Of a stretch of 51,363 nt of DNA, positions 1 through 7,585 are shown piece by piece; within the stretch, counting starts at the first letter, position 1; each line of letters begins with the position of its first letter. The stretch covers positions 1 through 51,363 of the forward strand of contig CALBHK010000397.1 of NCBI GenBank assembly GCA_937894565.1, in the 5' to 3' direction. The notes below the pieces were generated by a model. It worked only from the letters and a program-made list of their open reading frames with translations. It made no database searches and was not told where the DNA came from. The translations under genes and the position numbers were made by a program. Origin of the DNA: an uncultured Chlamydiae bacterium (GTDB taxonomy: Bacteria > Chlamydiota > Chlamydiia > Chlamydiales > CALBHK01).

Positions 1-62
1 GGGAGTCAGAGAGGGCTGCGTAAGAAAAATTTTGCCAACACTTTTGTTTACACCCTTTTATT

Positions 63-506
63 CTATTGAACTGAGGCTGCCGCGGATTTTTCTTTCATTT
101 TTAAATCATAGCTTATGACTTTATTGTCTATTTGTTCCGGTGCTAGCCCGGACATTAAAGCATGTTCGTTTAAGCAAGCTTGATAATTGGGATCAGCGTT
201 ATTCTTTAAAGTGGCAAGTGTTTCTAGGTTAGCAGGGGGGATTGCAACATCTGTGTGAGAGTTAATGAATCCTTTTACAGCTTGCCAAGTGACTAATGTT
301 CTATGGGGAACAATGGGTGTATAAAAAGGATCCATCCCTTCCACAGAAACTAAAACTTTAGTTGATTCGATGTGATGCAAAATGTTGGGTGATCCATCCG
401 TGTGAACGATTTCTAACGATCCGTAGCATTTCGCATCGAAATCAAACGAGATCTGCTTGCCAGGGTAAATGCTTTTAAAAAATTCTTTGGCTTCATAGTA
501 GTTCAT
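63..506 (-). CDS. Hypothetical phage protein (147 aa), last gene of the fibre cassette
   Basis: Track ORF 63-623 trimmed to the ATG at 504-506. That ATG is preceded by AGGAGA (reverse complement of 511-516) and starts just after the stop of the upstream gene (517-519). No family recognised. Confidence 0.55.
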   Translation of the reverse strand: MNYYEAKEFFKSIYPGKQISFDFDAKCYGSLEIVHTDGSPNILHHIESTKVLVSVEGMDPFYTPIVPHRTLVTWQAVKGFINSHTDVAIPPANLETLATLKNNADPNYQACLNEHALMSGLAPEQIDNKVISYDLKMKEKSAAASVQ

Positions 507-516
507 TTTTTTTCTC

Positions 517-1191
517 CTAAATAAAATAGCCTGTTGAAAATTGGTAACCGCCATTGTTGGTAACACTGTCTTGAGTAGTAATTCCTGCTCCATAAGCATA
601 TGCACGATAAACTGTAGAGGCAATTTGCGCTTGAATATTCGATACGTAGAAAGTGCCTACATTTCTATAGGCACCTGCCACTATTTGGCCAACTCCTAAT
701 CCATCATTTCTGACAGTGAAGGGGAGTCCTCCGATATTCACAATGCCTGTTCCTGTGTTAGTTTGCGTAGATGAGTTATAAACTATGTGGCATACATTTC
801 CCATTCTTTGATAATAGCCAAATTGGAAAAAATACACTCCAGAACCAGCTGTGGTTGCTCCAGTCAAAGTCGGAGTGAATGTGCCTTCTGAAAAAGTTGA
901 CAGAACGTTCGTTCCTGAATTAAAGGATATCCCAGAAAACCAAATATTTCCTGTGGATGGATCAGCCGTTAAAACAGTGGATCCAGAAGATGGGTCTATT
1001 GTTCCACTTGCTGCGTGAGTAATCTTTAATCGATTTGAATCACTAAAATCGACACCCATTGAATACGAACGTGTTGTCCCTATGGATAGTTGATACCAAA
1101 CATCACTAGAAACTGTCGGTTGAGTGACTGTTGCTGAATTGATGATTTTAGCTTTATATAGCGTATTGTTATCAGAATTATTGATCGCCAT
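517..1191 (-). CDS. Tail fibre / receptor-binding-like protein
   Basis: 224 aa. The N-terminal MAINNS tag is shared with four upstream genes. Gly/Ser/Thr-rich beta-type sequence (GTFTPTLTG...GYYQRMGNVCHIVY). Sits at the distal end of the tail operon. Confidence 0.55.
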   Translation of the reverse strand: MAINNSDNNTLYKAKIINSATVTQPTVSSDVWYQLSIGTTRSYSMGVDFSDSNRLKITHAASGTIDPSSGSTVLTADPSTGNIWFSGISFNSGTNVLSTFSEGTFTPTLTGATTAGSGVYFFQFGYYQRMGNVCHIVYNSSTQTNTGTGIVNIGGLPFTVRNDGLGVGQIVAGAYRNVGTFYVSNIQAQIASTVYRAYAYGAGITTQDSVTNNGGYQFSTGYFI

Positions 1192-1378
1192 GTGTTTACC
1201 TCAATAAAGCCCGTAAACTTCAAATTTAGGGCGGCTAGCTTTACCAGACATTTTCTTGGATGTCTGGGTGTCTGGATGTTTGGAATTCCAACTATCTGGA
1301 TTCCTGGTTTCCCAACCATCAGATTATCAACGTTTACTTCACGTTGAAAGTCACAGGAAAACATATTTTAATCCGATT

Positions 1379-2281
1379 TTAAAAAAATTCATACACCCAA
1401 ATTTCACCGCGAGCCCCATTTCCTGCAGCAGCTCCATTGCTGACACTATCAGTTCCTCCTCCGCCACCGCCTCCACCCCCACCAGGTGTTCCTCCCGTTC
1501 CTCCAGGAGCAGGCGCCGCTCCACCACCACCACCTGTTCCTGTACAAAATACGCCGCCAGAAGTAATAGATGTATTTGGAGTTCCGTTTCCGCCATTTTG
1601 AACAATATTAACAACCCCTCCAGACCCACCATTTGAGATGACAGATGGCGAAGCCGCCCATGTTCTTATATTTCCTCCGCGACCTCCATTAAAGCGAGTA
1701 TTTCCCGTATTCAATCCTCCGCCACCTCCAGCACCCCCACCTCCTAGGCAAGAGCCTAATCCAGTAGCGTTAGGCGAGTCCTCACCATTATTCGCAGCCC
1801 CCACGGCTCCACTTCCTCCAGCTCCAGCAACTTGAACAGCATAAAAATTGCTGAGAACATATGGAGCACCTCCTCCAGATCCACCCCCTCCATTTAATCC
1901 TCCACCTCCGAATGAGCTGATACTTGGACTATAAGTGAAAATGTTTCCAAAAGAAGTGATTCCTGCAGCTGACCCATTATTTCCATTTGTACTATTTGTT
2001 GTTTGTGTTGAGCCTCCATTTCCACCAGCTCCAATAGTCACAGTTTGAGTGACTCCTAGCGAAGAGGCATCGCATTGATAAATGAACATACCAGAGCAAC
2101 TACCACCGCCACCGCCACCGACGTTTGTTCCAGAAGCTCCTCTTCGTCCTCCACCGCCTCCGCCTCCACCACCCCAGCCAACAATCAAAGCAGAAGTCGT
2201 TCTAGAATCTTTAGTCCAAGATCCTGAAGCGGTGAATTTGGTTATTTTTGAACTTTTATTTATAGAATTATTGACTGCCAT
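1379..2281 (-). CDS. Glycine-rich fibre-cassette protein, paralog A
   Basis: 300 aa, ATG with GAGG upstream. N-terminus is MAVNNSINKSSKITKFTASGSWTKD, followed by WG(9) and further Gly runs up to 10 residues. C-terminal GEIWVYEFF is conserved in paralogs B and C. Resembles the glycine-rich domain proteins seen in phage fibre loci. Confidence 0.75.
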   Translation of the reverse strand: MAVNNSINKSSKITKFTASGSWTKDSRTTSALIVGWGGGGGGGGGRRGASGTNVGGGGGGSCSGMFIYQCDASSLGVTQTVTIGAGGNGGSTQTTNSTNGNNGSAAGITSFGNIFTYSPSISSFGGGGLNGGGGSGGGAPYVLSNFYAVQVAGAGGSGAVGAANNGEDSPNATGLGSCLGGGGAGGGGGLNTGNTRFNGGRGGNIRTWAASPSVISNGGSGGVVNIVQNGGNGTPNTSITSGGVFCTGTGGGGGAAPAPGGTGGTPGGGGGGGGGGTDSVSNGAAAGNGARGEIWVYEFF

Positions 2282-2307
2282 ATCTAAACCTCAATGGATC
2301 CATATAA

Positions 2308-3183
2308 TTAGAAATGTTCAACGATTATTATTTTACCAGCAGACCCTGTGCCACCTGCTCCTGAATTGGCTTGCGCGGATATTCCACCACCACCTCCGCC
2401 ACCAGCACCTCCAGGATTACCTCCATTTCCACCAGTTCCTCCTGTCGCTCCAGCTTTCGCTCCTCCGCCACCACCGCCAGCCGAACCACCGCAAACCAGC
2501 CCTCCGCTAGTAACGGCAGTATTGCCATCTCCACCATTTATGGTACCTGTTTCTATGCCTGCGGTTCCACCAGCTATATAAGTTACGCCATTTGAATTAT
2601 TAATTGCCCCGCCAGCTCCTCCAGATCTTGCAGTAACAGTATCGCCACCACCGCCGCCACCACCCCCTGTAGGTGAAAAAGTAATTACTGCTGCTGGGGC
2701 ATCTCCTGCGGTATTTCTTCCAGAGCCACCTGGATTAGTTACAACAGAGGCAATAGCATATGAAGTGTTTAATCCTCCCCCGACACCATTGATGCCAGAT
2801 GAAGTTGTGCCACCTTGACCAGCAGCTCCACCAACAGCTATCATGTTTCCAAATGTCGTATTACCTCCTGTAGTTCCATTATTACCGTTTGTTGCATTCA
2901 CTGTTTGGGCTACCGCCCCACCAGCGCTAGCTCCTATTGTATAAGACTCTGTGGATCCAAAAAATGAAGAAGGGGCAGCAAAATATCCTGAGCCTCCTGA
3001 ACCGCCGCCACCGCCTCCTGAAGATGAAGCACTAGTTCCTTTTCTTCCGGAAGCTCCACCACCACCGCCTCCCCATAAAAATACTTCTATCCACTGCGTA
3101 CGAGCATCCTTTGTCCATGTGCCAGAACTAGAAGTATAGGTAGTGACTTTAATTGAACCGTTTATACTGTTATGTGTAACCAC
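2308..3183 (-). CDS. Glycine-rich fibre-cassette protein, paralog B
   Basis: 291 aa. GTG start at 3181-3183 preceded by GGGAGGA. N-terminus MVTHNSINGSIKVTTYTSSSGTWTKD, C-terminus GKIIIVEHF. Same architecture as paralogs A and C. Confidence 0.7.
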   Translation of the reverse strand: MVTHNSINGSIKVTTYTSSSGTWTKDARTQWIEVFLWGGGGGGASGRKGTSASSSGGGGGGSGGSGYFAAPSSFFGSTESYTIGASAGGAVAQTVNATNGNNGTTGGNTTFGNMIAVGGAAGQGGTTSSGINGVGGGLNTSYAIASVVTNPGGSGRNTAGDAPAAVITFSPTGGGGGGGGDTVTARSGGAGGAINNSNGVTYIAGGTAGIETGTINGGDGNTAVTSGGLVCGGSAGGGGGGAKAGATGGTGGNGGNPGGAGGGGGGGISAQANSGAGGTGSAGKIIIVEHF

Positions 3184-3199
3184 ATGGATTCCTCCCTAA

Positions 3200-3499
3200 T
3201 TAGAATGGCTCTAACTCTCCTTCTAAATTTATAGATAAAATACTTGCTCCTAACCGTGCTTTAGCCTCGTTATAAGCAGCTTCTCTCTCAGCTTTGCTAA
3301 TATCATCCTCCGGTGGTTTCATAATAGAAAGAGGTCTTACATAATCTTGTAAGTCTTCCATCCAAATATCACCCATTCCAGCTTCATGGGTTTCTTTTAC
3401 TGAGTAACCTGCTGGAGGCTGCCATTCAGTCACTCCATCCCACATAATGACGTTGGAAACCCGATTATTTTGATCTATGACTGCATATCTACTGCTCAT
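3200..3499 (-). CDS. Small phage protein, possible fibre chaperone/assembly factor
   Basis: 99 aa, wedged between Gly-rich paralogs B and C. The N-terminal pattern (YAVIDQNNRVSNVIMWDG..W.PP.GY) resembles small proteins common in phage fibre regions. Function is inferred from position only. Confidence 0.45.
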   Translation of the reverse strand: MSSRYAVIDQNNRVSNVIMWDGVTEWQPPAGYSVKETHEAGMGDIWMEDLQDYVRPLSIMKPPEDDISKAEREAAYNEAKARLGASILSINLEGELEPF

Positions 3500-3508
3500 A
3501 ATTTCTCC

Positions 3509-4384
3509 TTAAAAATATTCAAAAACCCACAATTCACCGCGTCCGCCATCTCCACCTTTTCCAGAGTTAAATCCGTTAATTGAAACACCACCTCCTGCAC
3601 CACCGCCTGATGGGGATCCACCAGATCCTCCTGCACCACCTACCGACCCAGAACTAGATCCACCACCACCTCCTCCAGTACCTCCAATAATATAGTATGA
3701 CGAACTAGCTGCGTTGTTTCCTGCACCACCACCGATGCCAGCCGCTCCCGCTGTTCCGCCTGCCAATAAAACAGATGAATTTATATGCAATATGTCCCCA
3801 CCTTTTCCACCCCCAAATGTTGTATTTGTGTTGGTAGTGCCACCACCACTTCCACCACAAGTTCCGGCGTAAATCATAGTTTTATTTTGACCAGCAACAC
3901 CTGCTGCTCCCACTCCCCCTAATTGGCCGTCATTTGCGATGGTCACAGGAGAACCATAAACGACAGATAATTTAGCCGTACCAGCAAATCCTTGACCGCC
4001 TGCTTGTCCACCAAATCCTCGACCCCCACCAAAGACCTGGAAAGAACCAATAGAAGTTGTTCCTCCATCTCCACCTGCATTTCCCTGTGTTGAATCAACC
4101 GTAATTGATGGTCCACCTGTACCACCTGCGCCAATAGTTACAGTTTCAACAGCTGCTAAACGAGAGGCTTCCATTGTCTGAATAATAAATGGCCCCCCAG
4201 CTCCGGAACCACCACCACTTTTTGAATTTGTCCCAGAAACACCTCTTGGACCACTTCCACCACCACCTCCGCCACCCCACCCAATCAAAGTAACTATTTT
4301 AGTGCGTGGATCTTTAGTCCAAGTTCCTGAAGATGTAAACTTGGTTAGTTTGCTGGTATTATTGATCGAATTTTGCGTTGCCAT
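3509..4384 (-). CDS. Glycine-rich fibre-cassette protein, paralog C
   Basis: 291 aa. N-terminus MATQNSINNTSKLTKFTSSGTWTKD, C-terminus GELWVFEYF. Collinear with paralogs A and B. Confidence 0.75.
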   Translation of the reverse strand: MATQNSINNTSKLTKFTSSGTWTKDPRTKIVTLIGWGGGGGGGSGPRGVSGTNSKSGGGSGAGGPFIIQTMEASRLAAVETVTIGAGGTGGPSITVDSTQGNAGGDGGTTSIGSFQVFGGGRGFGGQAGGQGFAGTAKLSVVYGSPVTIANDGQLGGVGAAGVAGQNKTMIYAGTCGGSGGGTTNTNTTFGGGKGGDILHINSSVLLAGGTAGAAGIGGGAGNNAASSSYYIIGGTGGGGGGSSSGSVGGAGGSGGSPSGGGAGGGVSINGFNSGKGGDGGRGELWVFEYF

Positions 4385-4408
4385 TCATTCTCATTAAGGA
4401 AGTTTTAA

Positions 4409-5077
4409 TTAGACAACGGTTAAGTTTCCGACTGCGCTTAAAACTCTCCATGTATTATTAGCAACCACGCATAGACACTCTAAAGCATCTCCAGCGTCTG
4501 TCGAAGCTAGGCTTCCTCCAACTCCAGCAGTTGTTGCCACATTTCCAAATTTAACTGTTTGGGATGCATTTTGTGCCAATAACCAACCGCCTGCACCATT
4601 TCCGGCAATCCTGAAAACGGTTCCTTGTGCTGCTGTGGCTGGGAGAGTTAAAGTGCATAAAGAGGCATTATCTGCTATATAGCCGGTATTAACAGCGATT
4701 GCTTGAGAAGTGCCGGTTACATCTACCCATGAAGAAACGCCGCCACTGCCACCAGAGGAGGCAGCCCATTTAACACCTGAAGTCTGAGAAGAATCGGCTG
4801 TCAAAACAAAATTGTCTGTTCCAACTGTCAGAGGGGTGAATGTACCTGCTCCTGTGCCAACAAGGACAACTCCTTTCGCAGTGTAGTCAGCAAAGCCTAT
4901 TAAGGTATCTGCTGCTCTGTTTGGAAATGTATAGGTGCCTGCTCCTGCAAATCCTTGTGTAAAGGTCATATCGCCTGAGCCATTAAATGTTGCGGTCCTT
5001 TTTGTAGTACCGCCGCCAAGACTAAATCCAACCGATAGATTAGAGATATCTAGGTTAACTGATGAATTTTGAGCCAT
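4409..5077 (-). CDS. Tail fibre-like protein
   Basis: 222 aa, AGAGG RBS, N-terminal MAQNSSVN tag. The motif [37 protein letters not shown] matches a conserved fibre motif (G..L..G....L..G..G.VL......G..W) seen in many phage fibres. Confidence 0.6.
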   Translation of the reverse strand: MAQNSSVNLDISNLSVGFSLGGGTTKRTATFNGSGDMTFTQGFAGAGTYTFPNRAADTLIGFADYTAKGVVLVGTGAGTFTPLTVGTDNFVLTADSSQTSGVKWAASSGGSGGVSSWVDVTGTSQAIAVNTGYIADNASLCTLTLPATAAQGTVFRIAGNGAGGWLLAQNASQTVKFGNVATTAGVGGSLASTDAGDALECLCVVANNTWRVLSAVGNLTVV

Positions 5078-5273
5078 TTTCTTGCCTCTTGTTAATTTTT
5101 AAACGAAACTCATATCGAGTTGTTTTCACCGTTCTGGTGATATTACAAATTGATTTCTGACAATATTTGAGTCTTTGAATATATGAGTTTCTGTCTAAAT
5201 TTTTTGAGCTGTCAAAATAGGCTACCTTCGAAGTAAAAATTAACGCTGAGAAGTATAGAGCCCAATATTCCGT

Positions 5274-5639
5274 TCATTTTTTAGAGCTGATTTGTTTTAA
5301 TTTTTGTTTTGGTTTGTTATTTATTTTTGGCGCTTCCAGGAGTTTGACTTCTTGGGCGATGTATTGCTGGCTTTGAGTAATCAATTGGCTCAGTGAGCTT
5401 TCAATAATAAGAAATTTATTTCTCATTTCTTCTATTGCTTGCTGAAGTGCAAATATGCGATTGACTTCGGTTTGTTGCTGGAGGAGTAATCTTTTAGGAG
5501 CGCAATCTTTAATGACTTTTGGTTGACCCTGCCCATTTTCTTGCCACCAGGACTCCAGATAATTGGGACAATCTTTTTCCGAAGAACATAGTTTTGCCTT
5601 TACGAAAGGACAATTTTCACCGCATGAAGTGCATTCCAT
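5274..5639 (-). CDS. Cys-rich N-terminus plus coiled-coil protein, unknown function
   Basis: 121 aa. Six Cys in the first 46 residues (CTSCGENCPFVKAKLCSSEKDC...DC), then a Q/L-rich heptad-like region and a Lys-rich tail. Embedded in the fibre module. Confidence 0.5.
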   Translation of the reverse strand: MECTSCGENCPFVKAKLCSSEKDCPNYLESWWQENGQGQPKVIKDCAPKRLLLQQQTEVNRIFALQQAIEEMRNKFLIIESSLSQLITQSQQYIAQEVKLLEAPKINNKPKQKLKQISSKK

Positions 5640-5655
5640 TGAGTTACCTATTTAG

Positions 5656-6270
5656 TTAAGCTTGTTTTTGACATAAAATTCCTACGACTGCCAATGGCCT
5701 CCAAGTGGCTCCATGATTGTGGGGCTGAGAAGCTCCTATTGCATTTGAAGAACTATTCATCCCTTCTGTTGTTCCTTGTCTTGGTCGTTGATTTTTGGCT
5801 CCGTGGGCATAATGTGAACTTGTATTGCTTTGATCAGAACCAAAGAAATACTGGTGAGTATGGTTGGGGATTTGATTAATGGTTAGGCCGACACCAGGCT
5901 GCTGCCAAGTTCCTGCTACAGTATTACCTGCTGGTCCGTAAAGACCGCCTCGAAGAGCTAAAACGCAATCCCCCAAAAAGTTGATTGGCAGCCATCCATC
6001 TGGAGCAACGTTTTGATAAAACCAGCATAAGGTTCCTGCTGGAAAACCAACCTGATCAAATCTAATCTGATAGTTGCTTGTAGCGCGCCTTATCATAAAA
6101 AGATCGCTCGCTACAGCTGATCCATTAGGTAATGTTGGGAAGAGAGAAATATCAATCGTTCGAACTTTATCAATGGTCACTTGTTTATCGGTTAATCCCT
6201 GGCGAATGATCGTTGTATCCCCATCATCTGCAACCGAAGCGACTGGTAAACCTGGAATCTGTACTGACAT
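5656..6270 (-). CDS. Tail fibre protein with phage tail-collar-type domain
   Basis: Track ORF trimmed to the ATG at 6268-6270, which has an AAGGAG RBS and follows the upstream stop at 6279-6281. Motifs FPAGTLCWF...APDGWLP...LTINQIPNHTHQY...QPHNH resemble the tail-collar (MdpB-like) domain. Confidence 0.65.
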   Translation of the reverse strand: MSVQIPGLPVASVADDGDTTIIRQGLTDKQVTIDKVRTIDISLFPTLPNGSAVASDLFMIRRATSNYQIRFDQVGFPAGTLCWFYQNVAPDGWLPINFLGDCVLALRGGLYGPAGNTVAGTWQQPGVGLTINQIPNHTHQYFFGSDQSNTSSHYAHGAKNQRPRQGTTEGMNSSSNAIGASQPHNHGATWRPLAVVGILCQKQA

Positions 6271-6278
6271 AAATCTCC

Positions 6279-6761
6279 TTAAGGTGTTGGGTACGTTTTT
6301 GTCTGGCCCCAAACAAGAATATCTGTAGCTGTACCGCCATTAACGATTTGATTTCCTGCCAAAGTTCCTGCCCCAAGAGTCAATGTATTATTCGAAACGA
6401 CTGTCAAAGTAGGTGCTAATCCTGGTTTTTTTGCTCCAACGGCAAAAATGTATCGAGTGGGGTTGGCTAAATCTACGGCGGTTAGAGTGATCAAAGTTCC
6501 GGCAGTTCCGTCATAAGGGAAAAGACCTACGCCGTTTCCATCGGTCAAAATAGCTAATTCCTCTTGCTGTTTTAAGAAGGCCAGCCAGCGATTTGTGTAT
6601 CTTCCCAACCAATTGAACCAATTTCGAGGTGGAAATTCTAAACGAGCCCAACCTTCTAATTTTTTTTCAGTAGGCGGTTCAAGAACGTTGTTTTGCCCTG
6701 ATATTGGATCTACAACATCATTTTCTGCCCATTCAGGTAAAATTGTAGGTTTAAGCACCAT
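6279..6761 (-). CDS. Tail fibre protein (conserved fibre N-terminal domain)
   Basis: 160 aa, AAGGAG RBS. PEWAENDVVDP....PP.EKKLEGW...EFPPRNWFNW is the widespread fibre N-terminal motif (P.W......P...K...GW....PP...NW). Confidence 0.6.
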   Translation of the reverse strand: MVLKPTILPEWAENDVVDPISGQNNVLEPPTEKKLEGWARLEFPPRNWFNWLGRYTNRWLAFLKQQEELAILTDGNGVGLFPYDGTAGTLITLTAVDLANPTRYIFAVGAKKPGLAPTLTVVSNNTLTLGAGTLAGNQIVNGGTATDILVWGQTKTYPTP

Positions 6762-6771
6762 TGTTAACTCC

Positions 6772-7527
6772 TTAAGGTATTGGCGGCTGCGAGCCGTTAA
6801 ACATGATGACTTCGGCTAATTGTCCAGCCCCTGTCGTATCAATTGGGGTTCCAAATTCGGCAAAGCCTCCTCCAAAAGTTGGATTTGTTACTCTGCCTGC
6901 TTGCACAGCTAGAAGATCGCCTGTATTAATTTCTAAATTTTCCAAATCAAATGGATTAGCTTCATTAGGTGCGACAAGAAGTAGATCTTCGACGGGGTCC
7001 CCGCTAAAAACAAAAGGAAGCGGAACATTGTAAGTTGCAGTAATGGGAGTGTATTGAACGCCTGCTGGACTGACAGATTGAATAGCAGTAACAAGTTGGT
7101 CTGGAGGATTTGGAAATACCAGACCATCAGTGGACATTTGAAAAGCTGCGGGATAATATTCATGGTAACGGATTTTATTCGCTTTTGTGAGGAATTTGAG
7201 AACGGTAATGACTTCTTCAGGCGTGCCATTTGCCTTATTTATAAAAATTTGAAACTTCAGTCTTTCTCTGTAATCTTCATCGGATTCATTTGGTAAACGC
7301 GCGAGACCAAGAATTTCACCAAGTCCATCCAACTGCGCTCCAATTGAGGTTTCCAAGGAGCGTTGAAATTTTAAGTCTTGATCGACATTGTCTATTTCTT
7401 GCATTGACTTGACAAAGGCGCGAATAAACCTTTGAAAACGGCTATATTCTCCATCAACGAGACTTTGCTGAAATTGACCTGCTAAAAGGGCAATGGCTCT
7501 TTGAACGTGATTGGCTATTCTAACCAT
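6772..7527 (-). CDS. Baseplate protein, DUF2612-like (gpI-type wedge/fibre adaptor)
   Basis: 251 aa. Motifs GAQLDGLGEILGLARLPNESDEDYRERLKFQIFINKANGTPEEV resemble DUF2612 baseplate proteins. Lies directly downstream of the J-like gene. Confidence 0.55.
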   Translation of the reverse strand: MVRIANHVQRAIALLAGQFQQSLVDGEYSRFQRFIRAFVKSMQEIDNVDQDLKFQRSLETSIGAQLDGLGEILGLARLPNESDEDYRERLKFQIFINKANGTPEEVITVLKFLTKANKIRYHEYYPAAFQMSTDGLVFPNPPDQLVTAIQSVSPAGVQYTPITATYNVPLPFVFSGDPVEDLLLVAPNEANPFDLENLEINTGDLLAVQAGRVTNPTFGGGFAEFGTPIDTTGAGQLAEVIMFNGSQPPIP

Positions 7528-7585
7528 GTCACCCCCTCAAACAGTAGGGTCAACCATTTTGTTGGCGTCAGCATAATGGTTGTTA

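Noticed and set aside
1638-3139. Plus-strand proline-rich ORFs: 1638-1835, 2082-2510, 2348-2581, 2371-2595 and 2951-3139. The same applies to minus-strand alternative-frame ORFs such as 1351-1632 and 2328-2537, and to 3943-4134 just outside this range.
   Set aside because: They are the antisense or shifted-frame reading of (GGN)n glycine tracts (GGN read backwards gives NCC, which is Pro). They have no RBS and lie fully inside the well-supported Gly-rich genes.
517-5077. Diversity-generating retroelement targeting the fibre genes.
   Set aside because: There is no reverse transcriptase ORF and no template/variable repeat pair with adenine-specific differences visible anywhere in the window.
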